A stretch of DNA of 64,000 nucleotides, taken from a virus. Of this stretch, positions 35,930 to 46,900 are shown piece by piece. Position 1 is the stretch's first letter; each line of letters opens with the position of its first letter. Both the position numbers and the translations under genes were made by a program. The stretch covers positions 14,041 to 78,040 of the IMG/VR virus record IMGVR_UViG_3300042307_002096; one strand, given 5' to 3'. Under the pieces are notes generated by a model. The model was not told where the DNA came from. It saw only the letters and a program-made list of their open reading frames with translations, and did no database searches.

Positions 35930-38482
35930 ATGTATAGAGCTGCATGCTATAACCCTTTTAATGAATCTGTGTTTCTCCGAACATGGTCCGAAGAAGGAGT
36001 TCGAATTGATACGGAAATTTCTTTTCGTCCTTATTTGTATTTGGAAAAAGATGGAGCTGAAGATGCAATGTCCATCTTTAAGACTTCTTTAACAAAAAAA
36101 TCTTTTAGAAATAGTATTGAACGCAGAAAATTTGTAGACAATACATCCAATAAAAGAATATTTCACAATCTTGGCCCAGAGCAGCAATTTTTAATTGAAA
36201 TGTATAAGGATCAAAACGGAGATCCTTCATTTTCACAATTTCCTTTAAAAGTGTTCTTATTGGATATTGAAGTCGATACAACACTTGATTCGTCCTTTCC
36301 TACTCCAGAACGAGCAGCAGTGCCAATTAATTTAATTACTATTTACGATACTCTTACTAAATCTACTCACACATGGGGGTTGGAAAAGCAATATACTCCA
36401 ACATTACCCGATTGCATATATCACCGTTGCAAGAATGAACAAGATTTAATTCTACAATTTGTCGACTTTTGGAAAAGCGATTATCCAGACATTGCATCTG
36501 GTTGGAATAGCAGTGGCTTTGATTTTCCGTATATTATTAACAGATTTATGAAATTATTTGGAGAGGATTTTATAAATCAACTTTCTCCTGTTGGAGTTGT
36601 AAGAGGCAGAAAGGTATTTACCGACATGGGTAAAGAGGTAACAGTGTGGTCAATTGGTGGAGTATCGTTGATTGACTATATGGATTTGTATAAAACGTTT
36701 TCGCCTGGAGAAAAAGAATCTTTTAGCTTAAATTATATTTCAGAACTTGAGTTGGGAGAAGGTAAAATTGCATTCAATGCAGTTAGTTTAGGAGAGCTAG
36801 CTCATACGGACTGGAAATTGTTTGTTGACTACAACATACAAGACGTACACTTGCTTGTTAAGTTGGAAGAAAAGCTTAAATTTTTGGAAATTGCTCGAAT
36901 GCTTTCTTACAAAGGATGTACTAACTTTGAATCAGCTTTAGGAAAAGTTTCAATAGTAACAGGAGCTGTTGCTATACAAGCACATAAACAAGGATTTATT
37001 ATTCCAACATTTTCTAATAAACAAGAAAGAGAATCTTATGAGGGTGGATTTGTCAGAGACCCAGAAAAAGGAATACAAAAATCTATTGTCAGTTTTGACG
37101 TGAACTCACTTTACCCAAACACTATCATTACTCTCAATATTTCTCCGGAAACTAAAATTGGCAAAGTTGTTACAGGAGAGGTTGGAATAACTCCAGAAGT
37201 CACCATACGGCTAGTAAACGGAAAACTTCATACGCTAACCTCAGATAAATTTAAGTCATTTTTAATAAAGGAGCAAATTTCGTTATCTAAAGCTGGTGTA
37301 ATGTATTCACAAAAAACAAAAGGAGTAATTCCAAATTTGATTGATCAAATTTACGAGGAACGCGTTAATACAAAAAAACAATTAACTAAACTTAAAAAAA
37401 CAGGAAAAAAAGACAAGGATAGTTTGTTGAAGCTCACATATTATGATACGTTACAATATACGCTAAAAATTCTTTTAAATTCAATTTACGGTACATTTGC
37501 AAACAAACATTCTTCGTTAATGGACATTGATCACGCAATGTCTATTACCGTTACTGGGCAAAATGTATCAAAAGCTGGCGGTCATATTTTGGATGATTTT
37601 GTAAAACAAAAATACAATGTAAACGAATCAATTACTAAATATGGAGATACGGATTCAGTTTATATATCCATAGACTCAATTCTCAAAAAACAAAATATTG
37701 AGTTAGTTGTTAATGGTATTATTAATCCAAAAGTTCATGAAATTGTTGACGAGTTAGATAGGCATGTTAATACAGAAATTTTGAATTGGGCTCGAAATGA
37801 ATTGTTTTCGATAGATCCGCGATTTGTATTTAAACGAGAAGTTATTTCAGATGTAGGAATTTTTCTTCAAAAAAAGCGATACATTCTTCATATATTGGAC
37901 GAGGAAGGTGTTGCGGTAAATAAATTTAAGTATACTGGAATTGAATTAGTTCGTTCTACAACTCCAAAAAAAGTTAAAAAATTTATCGAGAATATTATTC
38001 AAACTGCTCTTCTTACACAAAATTTAAAACAAACAAATGAAGTGTATAGACAAGGATATTCTGATTTTTTGAATTTAGATCCTAATGATGTTGCTGCAAG
38101 AACTTCAATTAACAATTTACAAAAATATTCAGAAGGAGCTTCTTTATATAAATTTAAAAACGCCACACCTTCCCATGTTAAAGGAGCTATTGCTTATAAT
38201 ATTCTTATTAAAGAATTAAAAATTGACGATAAATTTGAAGAGATTCAAACAGGACAAAAAGTCAAAAAATTATATTGTGCAAAAAACAAGTACGGATTGG
38301 ATGCCATTACATATGTGTCGTCATTGCCTACAGAGTTTGGGATTACTATTGATTGGGATAAAATGTTTATGAAATTGGTTACTCAACCAACGGAGCGTTT
38401 GTACGAAGCAATTGGTTGGTCGTTACCGGAAATAGGAAAAGAAGTTCAAACTGATTTATTTGAAATGTTTGGTATGAGTTAA
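35930..38482 (+). CDS. family B DNA polymerase (gp43-like)
   Basis: Exo DIE and GWN..FD; DVNSLYP; KILLNSIYG; YGDTDS. Confidence 0.96.
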   Translation: MYRAACYNPFNESVFLRTWSEEGVRIDTEISFRPYLYLEKDGAEDAMSIFKTSLTKKSFRNSIERRKFVDNTSNKRIFHNLGPEQQFLIEMYKDQNGDPSFSQFPLKVFLLDIEVDTTLDSSFPTPERAAVPINLITIYDTLTKSTHTWGLEKQYTPTLPDCIYHRCKNEQDLILQFVDFWKSDYPDIASGWNSSGFDFPYIINRFMKLFGEDFINQLSPVGVVRGRKVFTDMGKEVTVWSIGGVSLIDYMDLYKTFSPGEKESFSLNYISELELGEGKIAFNAVSLGELAHTDWKLFVDYNIQDVHLLVKLEEKLKFLEIARMLSYKGCTNFESALGKVSIVTGAVAIQAHKQGFIIPTFSNKQERESYEGGFVRDPEKGIQKSIVSFDVNSLYPNTIITLNISPETKIGKVVTGEVGITPEVTIRLVNGKLHTLTSDKFKSFLIKEQISLSKAGVMYSQKTKGVIPNLIDQIYEERVNTKKQLTKLKKTGKKDKDSLLKLTYYDTLQYTLKILLNSIYGTFANKHSSLMDIDHAMSITVTGQNVSKAGGHILDDFVKQKYNVNESITKYGDTDSVYISIDSILKKQNIELVVNGIINPKVHEIVDELDRHVNTEILNWARNELFSIDPRFVFKREVISDVGIFLQKKRYILHILDEEGVAVNKFKYTGIELVRSTTPKKVKKFIENIIQTALLTQNLKQTNEVYRQGYSDFLNLDPNDVAARTSINNLQKYSEGASLYKFKNATPSHVKGAIAYNILIKELKIDDKFEEIQTGQKVKKLYCAKNKYGLDAITYVSSLPTEFGITIDWDKMFMKLVTQPTERLYEAIGWSLPEIGKEVQTDLFEMFGMS

Positions 38483-38490
38483 ATAACATT

Positions 38491-38769
38491 ATGTATGCTG
38501 CTGAACAACTTTTTCAGGCGCTTTCATACGAAGAGCTCTATTACACTCTTCGAAGCATTGCTGATGAAGATTCGTATTTTGATGATTTTTTAGACAATAA
38601 AATTTTAGAAGATTTTTTGTACATGCTGGAAATTTATGATATATTATTTTTATCTTCAGATGGCAGAGTATTGCTTACGCAAAAAGGAGAAAAGGTTTTG
38701 CAGTATGTCGGGCGCATTGTTGATTTAGATAAAATTAATAATAAGGTAAAAAGGAAAAAATATGAGTAA
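38491..38769 (+). CDS. hypothetical protein
   Basis: TAAATA 5 nt upstream. Confidence 0.6.
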   Translation: MYAAEQLFQALSYEELYYTLRSIADEDSYFDDFLDNKILEDFLYMLEIYDILFLSSDGRVLLTQKGEKVLQYVGRIVDLDKINNKVKRKKYE

Positions 38770-39118
38770 CACTAACAAAGAGCTTACGGTCTTCCTGGAC
38801 AATATTGGAAGAACAATTATTGGAAAAATTACAAAACAAGATGGCACTACATTGTCTATTGAGAATCCAGCATTGGTTCACATTCAAGCCAATTCTCAAA
38901 CAAGCCAACTTCAACTTCAAATTCTTCCTTTGTTTTTCAAAGAATTCCAATCAGATAGAAATCAACCAACAGTTTGGAATTTTAAAAAAGCAAATATTAC
39001 AACATCCGAGTCTATTCCTTTTGCACCACAGTTTGCTGCGCAATATGAACAGTTGTTTGCTGCTGCTCAACCGGCTCAAAATGAACCTAAAGTAGTCCGA
39101 TTATTTGATGACGAATAA
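38762..39118 (+). CDS. hypothetical protein (possible Sm-like beta fold)
   Basis: GRTIIGK...IENPA pattern. Confidence 0.55.
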   Translation: MSNTNKELTVFLDNIGRTIIGKITKQDGTTLSIENPALVHIQANSQTSQLQLQILPLFFKEFQSDRNQPTVWNFKKANITTSESIPFAPQFAAQYEQLFAAAQPAQNEPKVVRLFDDE

Positions 39119-39140
39119 TTTAGTTTAAGAGTCAACTGCG

Positions 39141-39172
39141 AAAAAAAGACCTCTTCAGGGGTCTTTTTTTTT
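39141..39172 (+). terminator. intrinsic terminator, potentially bidirectional
   Basis: AAAAAAAGACCTC-TTCA-GGGGTCTTTTTTTTT. Confidence 0.85.
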
Positions 39173-39210
39173 GTTGAAAAGAAAAATAAAGAAGGGATAG
39201 TATCAATTGT

Positions 39211-40365
39211 ATGGCTAAAATTAAAAAAAATAACAATGACGACGACTTAAAAGACTCCGTTACTAATTCAATTCAAGATGCTTTTAAAATATTGGACAAA
39301 CTTAATTCTAATGCAGCTTTTTTGGACAACAATAGTTTGTCCACTGTCAACGAATGGATTGATACGGGTTCATATGCCCTTAATGCAATTATTTCCGGAT
39401 CCCTTTTTGGAGGAGTGCCAATGGGCAGACTTACTGCGTTTATTGGAGCAGAAAGCTGTGGAAAAACTTTAATGGCCAACAAAATTATGGCCAATGCTCA
39501 AAAGAAAGGAATGTATGTTGCTTATTTTGATACAGAAGGAGCACTAGATGAAGCAACAGCTAAAAGATTGGGTTGTGATACATCAAAAATTAAGCATGTT
39601 CCCTCAGAAATCACAGAGCAATGTCGAAATGAAATTGTGCAATTTTTAGATTCAATTTTAACAAACAATCTACAAGGAAAAGTTTTAATTGTTATTGACT
39701 CTCTTGGAAATTTAATTACATCTCAAGAAAAAAAGAAAATCGAGGAGGGGTCAGAAACATTGGATATGGGAAATAGAAGCAAACAGTTAAAAAGCTTGAT
39801 GCGTGCCGTAACTCACGCTGCAGCGAAAGCAAATTGTCCTGTAATTTTTACGAACCACGTTTATGAAGATCCTTCGCAACTTCACCCTTCCGCAATTAAA
39901 AAGCAAGCAGGAGGATCTGGACCTCTTTATATGTCTTCTGTAATTGTTCAAATGGCAAAGAAAACAGAACGAGCTGAAGATTCAAAAAACAAAGATGCTA
40001 ATACGGAAACTACTCTTATTTCCAAAGGAATTAACGGCGTTACTTTAAGAGCACTTACTACCAAAAACCGCTTTGTGACCCCATTTTTGGAAATTGAAAT
40101 GTATTTAAATTTTCGTACTGGTTTAAATAAATTTTCCGGTCTTCTTGAAATGGCCGAAGGATATGGAGTTATAGAGCGCCGCGGCCACCAATTTGCGTTT
40201 CAAGGAGAGCTACTTGGTTATTACAAAGATTGGAAAGAAGACGAAACAGTTTGGGATAAAATTCTTCCAGTATTAGAAAAAAAGCTTCAAACTGAATTGT
40301 GCTTTAAAAACGAATCTCAAATTGAGGAAGAAGAAAACGAAGCCCAATGCGAAGTTTGTGATTAA
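39211..40365 (+). CDS. uvsX: RecA-like recombinase UvsX
   Basis: IDTGSYALN, GAESCGKT, FDTE, VIDSLG, KNRF. Confidence 0.92.
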   Translation: MAKIKKNNNDDDLKDSVTNSIQDAFKILDKLNSNAAFLDNNSLSTVNEWIDTGSYALNAIISGSLFGGVPMGRLTAFIGAESCGKTLMANKIMANAQKKGMYVAYFDTEGALDEATAKRLGCDTSKIKHVPSEITEQCRNEIVQFLDSILTNNLQGKVLIVIDSLGNLITSQEKKKIEEGSETLDMGNRSKQLKSLMRAVTHAAAKANCPVIFTNHVYEDPSQLHPSAIKKQAGGSGPLYMSSVIVQMAKKTERAEDSKNKDANTETTLISKGINGVTLRALTTKNRFVTPFLEIEMYLNFRTGLNKFSGLLEMAEGYGVIERRGHQFAFQGELLGYYKDWKEDETVWDKILPVLEKKLQTELCFKNESQIEEEENEAQCEVCD

Positions 40366-40415
40366 ATATTTAAGGCTAAAGCAATTATTTTAATGCTAAA
40401 GCCTTAAATAAAAGC

Positions 40416-41513
40416 ATGAATCTCATCGAAGCTAAATTTATTGAATCAGGATTGAAATACAAATCCAATTTTGAAGTGTCAAAATTAACCAATATTGTTG
40501 CGCACGAGCAACAAAAAAATTGCAATCAATACTACAAATGGTATGCAACGTATGAAAATATAGTATACCCAATTAATTTAACTAGAAACAAAACATTTTT
40601 AATTGATGTTTTTTGTAACGAGTGCGACAAAATAATTAAAAAGGATGCTAGATTAAGCTCAATGTTCACGTTTTCTATTTGCTGTGAGAGCAATTTAAAG
40701 TATTCAGAGTCTTTTTCTGTCCGATGCAAAAAATGTTCTAGCAGGAAAAACGGGTCAGAAACCGTGCAAAAAGGAGTTAATACTCGTCTACAACGTTATG
40801 GGTGTGCATATACGTTTCAAATGCCAAATTATGCTAGAGACGCTCACATAACTAAAACGTTGAAATACGGAGTTGATTATAAAAAAATTTGTTCAAAAAA
40901 GGGACAAAAGAGGTATTTCGATAAAACAGGTTATAATCACAACATGAAAAACCCTGAATGTGTAAATGTTCACAAACAAAAAAGAAAACAGACTATTTTA
41001 AATTGGACACCAGAACGTAAAACAGAAATAAATACAAAAAGGTTATTATCATATCAAAAAGAAAGTTCGGATGGTCTTTTTGGAAAAAAAAGTAAAAATC
41101 CTAGAAGCAAAATATCTATAGATTTTTACGAACAATTTTACAAAGCAACCGACTATTCGATATGCATTGAAGAACAAATTGGTAGATATATTGTAGATTT
41201 TTTAATACCAAATATGTGTATTATTGAATTTTATGGTACATTTTGGCATGCAGATCCAAGAAAATACAAAGCTGGTGACATCCTTAAGCGAGGAAATAGT
41301 GAAAAATATCATGTAACAGCTCAAGAAGTATGGCAAAAAGATTACGAAAGAATCACAGAATTAGTGGAAAACACTAAACTTCCTTGTATAATTGTTTGGG
41401 AGAATGATTATAGAAAAAACAAAGGAGCGACAATCCAAACCGTTTTGCAAAAAATAATAAAATTTAAAAACATCCACTTAGCACAGAATGAGCAAAGAAC
41501 CAATTCCATCTAA
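40416..41513 (+). CDS. putative free-standing homing endonuclease (Vsr-like C-terminal domain)
   Basis: T.L.RYG/KYG repeats; YIVDFL...IIEFYGTFWHADP...VWE; inserted between uvsX and the helicase. Confidence 0.75.
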   Translation: MNLIEAKFIESGLKYKSNFEVSKLTNIVAHEQQKNCNQYYKWYATYENIVYPINLTRNKTFLIDVFCNECDKIIKKDARLSSMFTFSICCESNLKYSESFSVRCKKCSSRKNGSETVQKGVNTRLQRYGCAYTFQMPNYARDAHITKTLKYGVDYKKICSKKGQKRYFDKTGYNHNMKNPECVNVHKQKRKQTILNWTPERKTEINTKRLLSYQKESSDGLFGKKSKNPRSKISIDFYEQFYKATDYSICIEEQIGRYIVDFLIPNMCIIEFYGTFWHADPRKYKAGDILKRGNSEKYHVTAQEVWQKDYERITELVENTKLPCIIVWENDYRKNKGATIQTVLQKIIKFKNIHLAQNEQRTNSI

Positions 41514-42846
41514 ACTAGATTTAGATTTTTTCGAAAATATATTACTATTCAATGCTCTTACAGATCAAGAATATTTGAGTTCTATTATTGGTTATATAGA
41601 TCCGTCTTTTTTTACTGATAAGAGTATTGGAAAAGTAATTGGGGGAATTAGTAAATTTTTCACAGAAAGAGGAACTGTTCCAACTATTACGGAAATTAAA
41701 GCCAGATTAACTTCAGAAGAAGACAAAAAAGCTCTAGCTGACGTTAAGCCAAAAATAGCACAACTCGAAGGACCGTTCAACAAAGAAGAGCTTATTGAAA
41801 ACACAGAGAAGTTTCTTAAAGAACGGTGTGTTTACAAAACAATTCTTAATGTAGCGGAGAAGTTTTCGGATCAATCTTTTTCTATTGAAGAAGTACTAGT
41901 AGATTTTGAAAAAGCTTATAACATCACTCTAAAAGAAAATCTTGGGCATTGGTATTTCGAAGATGTAGACAAGCACATTAAAGACCTAATAACCGTTTAT
42001 AATCCAATTCCAACAGGATGGGATTTTTTTGATAACAAAACCGAAGGAGGGTTGTTTCCAAAAACTTTGACTGTGTTTGCAGGACAAGTTAATGTCGGCA
42101 AATCAATTGTTCTCGGAAACATTGCGACGAATATGCTTCTTGCTGATAAGAATGTTTTGTTAATATCTTTGGAAATGTCGGAGTTTATGTACTCTAAACG
42201 TATTAGTACTCAACTTACTCAAATTCCTCATAACGATCTTAAAACATTTACTGACGAGCTTAAAGAACAATTGTTGCATATTAAGAAAAATATTAACAGC
42301 AAATTGGTTGTAAAGGAATATCCACCAAAAACTGTTACTGTTCGTCATATTGATTCATTTATGACAAAGTTGAAGCATAAGGGATTTAGTCCTGATATTG
42401 TGGTGATTGATTATATTAATCTTATTCATCCAATTGCTAAGAATCTTAATTCATATGAATCGGTTAAGGAAATTGCTGAACATTTGAGAGCATTATCATT
42501 CAAGTACAACATACCAATTGTTTCAGCAACTCAGTTGAATAGAGGCAGCTTTAATACAGCGTCTCCAGGAATGGAAGGTATTTCTGAGAGCATTGGCCTT
42601 GCTGCTACCTGTGATGTGATATGCTCGCTTTGGCAAGAAGAAGAAGACAGAGAGCTGGGAGTTATTAACATGGGAATGCAGAAAAATAGGTTTGGTCCTA
42701 ATTTTGGTAGTGCAGCATTTAAGTGCAATTATAACACACTGACACTTAAAGAAACAAATTCTGATTATTTTGAAGCAGATGGAGACTCAACAGAAGACAC
42801 TGTAAAAAATGCTGATAGAGCACTAAATAGTCTAATCGATGAATAA
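41488..42846 (+). CDS. replicative helicase (gp41/DnaB-like)
   Basis: IPTGW, GQVNVGKS, SLEMSE, IDYI, ATQLNR, KNRFG. Confidence 0.92.
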   Translation: MSKEPIPSKLDLDFFENILLFNALTDQEYLSSIIGYIDPSFFTDKSIGKVIGGISKFFTERGTVPTITEIKARLTSEEDKKALADVKPKIAQLEGPFNKEELIENTEKFLKERCVYKTILNVAEKFSDQSFSIEEVLVDFEKAYNITLKENLGHWYFEDVDKHIKDLITVYNPIPTGWDFFDNKTEGGLFPKTLTVFAGQVNVGKSIVLGNIATNMLLADKNVLLISLEMSEFMYSKRISTQLTQIPHNDLKTFTDELKEQLLHIKKNINSKLVVKEYPPKTVTVRHIDSFMTKLKHKGFSPDIVVIDYINLIHPIAKNLNSYESVKEIAEHLRALSFKYNIPIVSATQLNRGSFNTASPGMEGISESIGLAATCDVICSLWQEEEDRELGVINMGMQKNRFGPNFGSAAFKCNYNTLTLKETNSDYFEADGDSTEDTVKNADRALNSLIDE

Positions 42847-43723
42847 CCAAAAAATACAAGTTTTTACTCATTTAGATTTGGATGGTGTGGTGAGTTATCT
42901 AGTTCTTTGCTGGCTTTATGGGAAAAAATTAGATGTAATCGGAACTACTCCAATGAAGCTTGAACAAGATTATGACAAGCTTATTGCATCAGGAAAAACT
43001 TGGGACAAATTATATTTTTTAGATTTAGATGTTTCTAAAATTGGGGAAAAGGTTGACCAGAAAACTACTGTAATTCTTGATCATCACAAAACAAATGTAT
43101 ATCAATTTAAAAATGCAATTGCTAGAATTTATAATGAGACTAGCTGCGCAAAATTAATTTATGATACGTTTTTTAAAGCCGCAGGAAAAACAATCAATTC
43201 TGCTCAAAAAACTCTTATTGCTTTGGCAGATGATTGGGATTCTAATACAAAAGCTACTCCTTTGTCAGAAAGCTTAAACATTGTATATCATTCAATGTCA
43301 GATAAATTTAATTCGTTTGTTGAAGATTATTACGAAGGATTCAAGCCTTTTGATAAATTTAAAGAAAACACAATTCTTCTTTATAAAAAACACCGCAAAG
43401 AATATATTGACACCCTAAACCCATTTTTTGGCAATATCGAATTCGAAGGACAAAAAAATATAAAAGTCGGTGCTGTATTTTGCAATAAGTTTGTGCAAGA
43501 ATGCTGCGATTGGTTGTTTAGGAGATTTGAAGTGGATGTCGCAATTGCTGTTTTGATTGATCAAAAAAGAATTGCTGTTCGCCGAAGCTCTAACAACACA
43601 ACAGTGGATGTTTCTAAATTTGTTCAACGAATTGCCTCTGGTGGCGGACATGAAGCCGCTGCTGGTGGAAATCTTACTGACGAATTTATTGAATTCACAA
43701 AAATGTTGAAGCCTTTAAATTAA
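42839..43723 (+). CDS. DHH/DHHA1 phosphoesterase
   Basis: THLDLDG, LDHHK, GGGHEAAAGG. Confidence 0.85.
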   Translation: MNNQKIQVFTHLDLDGVVSYLVLCWLYGKKLDVIGTTPMKLEQDYDKLIASGKTWDKLYFLDLDVSKIGEKVDQKTTVILDHHKTNVYQFKNAIARIYNETSCAKLIYDTFFKAAGKTINSAQKTLIALADDWDSNTKATPLSESLNIVYHSMSDKFNSFVEDYYEGFKPFDKFKENTILLYKKHRKEYIDTLNPFFGNIEFEGQKNIKVGAVFCNKFVQECCDWLFRRFEVDVAIAVLIDQKRIAVRRSSNNTTVDVSKFVQRIASGGGHEAAAGGNLTDEFIEFTKMLKPLN

Positions 43724-43739
43724 CGCCTAAGTAGCTTAA

Positions 43740-44120
43740 ATGCCACAGGATAACATTACCGGGTTGGAACATTCTAATGCGTCTCCTGTCGATCAAATTC
43801 TCATGAGAGAGTTTGTAGACGGAGCTTTAAAAGCAGGATCATTAATATCAATGATCGAAAATAAAAAAATTAACACTACTATGTTATTTTCATTGCTTTT
43901 AGAAAAATCTGAATATCAAGAATTTTTTACTGAGATTACTTCTTCTGATTCTTTCAAAGAATCAATATTTACACTGTTGCTTTTATATCCAAATTTAGTA
44001 AAATCAAAGATTACAAAATCTGTAGTAAGAAAATTAAATGGCAAACCAAAGTCAAATTACCGAGCTGGAAAAGCACCTATTCAACAAACACTTAGCGGTA
44101 TCAAGAAGCGAAAAAAATAA
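43740..44120 (+). CDS. hypothetical protein
   Basis: TAAGTA box upstream. Confidence 0.55.
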   Translation: MPQDNITGLEHSNASPVDQILMREFVDGALKAGSLISMIENKKINTTMLFSLLLEKSEYQEFFTEITSSDSFKESIFTLLLLYPNLVKSKITKSVVRKLNGKPKSNYRAGKAPIQQTLSGIKKRKK

Positions 44121-44715
44121 ACCGTTTAAACTCAAAAAGGATTTTTCCAATATCGTAGATACCGACAAACACAAATTTTTAAAAAGAATTTCTACTCTAT
44201 TCGAAAAGCACCCGGAAATTAATCCGGATTTATTTTTTAAAGCACCATATAAATTGTACCCAGATGTAGAATATTTTGGTTTAGATTACTTTTCTACAAT
44301 GCGAGCAGTCAAGTCGTATACGACCTATAAAAAACAAATATTTTTACAGGATCCAGACAGTCAATTAGAACAAATTAAAGAATCGTTGACGTTTATTACA
44401 AAGTTTTGTATTGAAAATAACATATATTTTCACCAATACCCACAACACCGTTCTTCTGATTTATTTACGTGGATGCAACATTACAAACAAAATAAAATTA
44501 ACATTTACAGCGTTATGGGGTTTCCTAATATATTTTCTTCTGCTAAGAGCTTGGCAGAAGATGTTCAAAAATTCTTTGTTAGCGAATTTATAGATCAATT
44601 TCAAAATCTTTATATTTTGTATAACAAATCAGCAGAGCTCAAACCATACATCCAAAAAATAACACCTGTTCTTTCAAATTTTGTTGAAAAACAGTTGACC
44701 AAACCAACAAACTAG
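44038..44715 (+). CDS. hypothetical; positional candidate for a gp59-like helicase loader
   Basis: Size and position immediately before the SSB gene only. Confidence 0.4.
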   Translation: MANQSQITELEKHLFNKHLAVSRSEKNKPFKLKKDFSNIVDTDKHKFLKRISTLFEKHPEINPDLFFKAPYKLYPDVEYFGLDYFSTMRAVKSYTTYKKQIFLQDPDSQLEQIKESLTFITKFCIENNIYFHQYPQHRSSDLFTWMQHYKQNKINIYSVMGFPNIFSSAKSLAEDVQKFFVSEFIDQFQNLYILYNKSAELKPYIQKITPVLSNFVEKQLTKPTN

Positions 44716-44736
44716 TCTATTATTAAAAACGAAATT

Positions 44737-45690
44737 ATGAGTATTAACACTAAATCAATGTTCGAAGCAATCAAGCAATCTCTTTCCTCAGATAAGAAGG
44801 AAGGTAACGGAAACGGTCTTTATAAAGAAATTATGAAGTTTTCCGCTGGTAATACATATCAGGTCCGCTTGGTACCAAATCCAAATTCTCCTAAAGAGAC
44901 AATCTTTCATTATTACAATCACGGCTGGAATTCTAACGCGACAGGCAAGTATGTGACAGCACTTTGTCCAACTACATTTGGAGATACGTGCCCAATTGAT
45001 GCTTATTATCTAAAAACATACCGTACTGGTACCGAATCAGAAAAAGAAGCAGCTCGTGTTTTGTCGCGAAAAGAAGCCTGGATGGTTAACGTATATGTTA
45101 TTTCAGATCCAGAAAATCCCGAGAACGAAGGAAAGGTTAAAATTCTTCGTTACGGAAAAGAGCTAGCTAAAATTATTGACTCTGCTCTTGAAGGAGATGA
45201 TGCTGCAGAATTTGGAGTCGAGAAGGTATTTGACACTGCTAATGGGAGTACACTTCGTATTAAGTGCGAAAGCCGTACTGGTGCTGGCCGTGGAAACAAG
45301 CAAATGGTTACGTATGCTTCCTCTAAGTTCTTGGCGCCAACTGCACTGGATCTAGATGAAACTGCTATCGAACAAATTTACGGCACAGTACATGACCTTA
45401 AAGCTGTAAACAAGCAAACTACTCCAGCTGAAATGCAACGCTTGCTTGACGAACATTTCTTTAATTTGACTACAGGTTCTGTAGTTGAAGATGATTCTGA
45501 CGATGAATATGCTCCAATTCGTAACGAAAAGCCCTCGTCAGTTAAGAAAACAGCAGAAGTAATTGAGAGCGTTTTTGAAGATGTTGAAACACCATTTAAA
45601 CCTGCTGCTAAAATTTCCGCAAAAGAAGAAATTAATGAAACAGACGAGTCCACTGATGAAGCTTTGAAAAAATTGCTTGCTGATCTGTAA
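44737..45690 (+). CDS. single-stranded DNA-binding protein (gp32-like)
   Basis: HGW, CPTTFG..CPI, NVYVISDPENPENEGKV, acidic tail ending LLADL. Confidence 0.9.
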   Translation: MSINTKSMFEAIKQSLSSDKKEGNGNGLYKEIMKFSAGNTYQVRLVPNPNSPKETIFHYYNHGWNSNATGKYVTALCPTTFGDTCPIDAYYLKTYRTGTESEKEAARVLSRKEAWMVNVYVISDPENPENEGKVKILRYGKELAKIIDSALEGDDAAEFGVEKVFDTANGSTLRIKCESRTGAGRGNKQMVTYASSKFLAPTALDLDETAIEQIYGTVHDLKAVNKQTTPAEMQRLLDEHFFNLTTGSVVEDDSDDEYAPIRNEKPSSVKKTAEVIESVFEDVETPFKPAAKISAKEEINETDESTDEALKKLLADL

Positions 45691-45712
45691 TATTAGATTA
45701 ATCTTTAAAAAT

Positions 45713-46360
45713 ATGGAACTACTTAAAAAAGCTAACGGTAATATTGTTCGTACAGCAGAAGAAAAAGCTCATATGATTGAGCAAGCTGCTGAATATTATG
45801 GAAAATTTTTGACCTCTTTGGGTTTTGATTGGGCAGCTGATCCTCATTCTGCAAACACTCCTCGCAGAGTTGCTAAAGCATGGGTGAATGATTTAATTTC
45901 CGGGTCAATCAGCCCAGAACCAGAAGTTACTGCATTTCCCAACGATGAAGGTTATACCGGTTTGATTTGTCAGACTCGCATTCCAGTAGTTAGTATGTGT
46001 GCTCATCACAATTTGATGTTTTCGGGAGTTTGTCACGCGGCTTACATCCCTGGTAAAAGCATAACTGATATGGTTATTGGTTTGAGTAAACTTAATCGTA
46101 TTGTAGACTTTTACTCCAGACGGCCAAACATTCAAGAGAGTTTGACAAAGCAGATTCACGATCATATTAACCGGCTGTGTATAGGTAATAGAGGAACAGC
46201 TGTTGTAATTGAGAGTCAACACAATTGTGTAAAGTGCCGAGGAATCAAGCATGACAGCGTCATGAAAACTAGCCAAATGTCTGGCTACTTTTTTTCCAAC
46301 GAAATTGGTACAAGGCAAGAGTTCTTTAATTTGATTGATCACAGCAGATTTGGATCATAA
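45713..46360 (+). CDS. folE: GTP cyclohydrolase I
   Basis: TPRRVAK, SMCAHH, GLSKLNR, IQE, HNC..CRG. Confidence 0.93.
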   Translation: MELLKKANGNIVRTAEEKAHMIEQAAEYYGKFLTSLGFDWAADPHSANTPRRVAKAWVNDLISGSISPEPEVTAFPNDEGYTGLICQTRIPVVSMCAHHNLMFSGVCHAAYIPGKSITDMVIGLSKLNRIVDFYSRRPNIQESLTKQIHDHINRLCIGNRGTAVVIESQHNCVKCRGIKHDSVMKTSQMSGYFFSNEIGTRQEFFNLIDHSRFGS

Positions 46361-46441
46361 ATTAGTCTAGATCACAAATGCCCTTTAATGACCAACAATA
46401 TCATTGACTTATTTAAAAATTCATTTAAACTTATCCGCAAT

Positions 46442-46900
46442 ATGTTTACAGAAGACAACCTCGCCACAGCTCAAATAGCTCAATTATTTGGCTCTGAACT
46501 ACTCAAAGTGCAACAAAACGCTACTACTGATTCAGGTTCTCAGCCCAATATTGTCAACATCGATCCAAAGCAATTTCTTGTAAATGCTCCTCAATATCAG
46601 TCTGCAAAGAAAATAGAAGAGCAGCGTCTTATTCAGATGTTGCAAAGAGAAGCTGAACTGGCGTGCCCGTTGCCTGATTCTGGTTCTTCTCCTTTGCTCT
46701 CTGTTGATCCAGTGCCAGTAGTTCCTGTCAGCACAATTAACTCTCCACTCACAAATCGAACAATAACTCCTATTGGTGCGGATAATTCAACTGGGGAAGT
46801 TTGGGAAAAAATTAACAAAAATCTTGAACGTATTGCAAACCGACTGGAAAATGTTGACATAACTATCAAGAAAAAAAGGGCAAAACGTACCACCAAATGA
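46442..46900 (+). CDS. hypothetical protein
   Basis: Preceded by TTGACT-N16-TAAACT. Confidence 0.6.
   Translation: MFTEDNLATAQIAQLFGSELLKVQQNATTDSGSQPNIVNIDPKQFLVNAPQYQSAKKIEEQRLIQMLQREAELACPLPDSGSSPLLSVDPVPVVPVSTINSPLTNRTITPIGADNSTGEVWEKINKNLERIANRLENVDITIKKKRAKRTTK

Noticed and set aside
35930-38482. Intein or intron in the DNA polymerase (also checked terminase, helicase and UvsX)
   Set aside because: Lengths and motif spacing are ordinary; no intein splice motifs were noticed.
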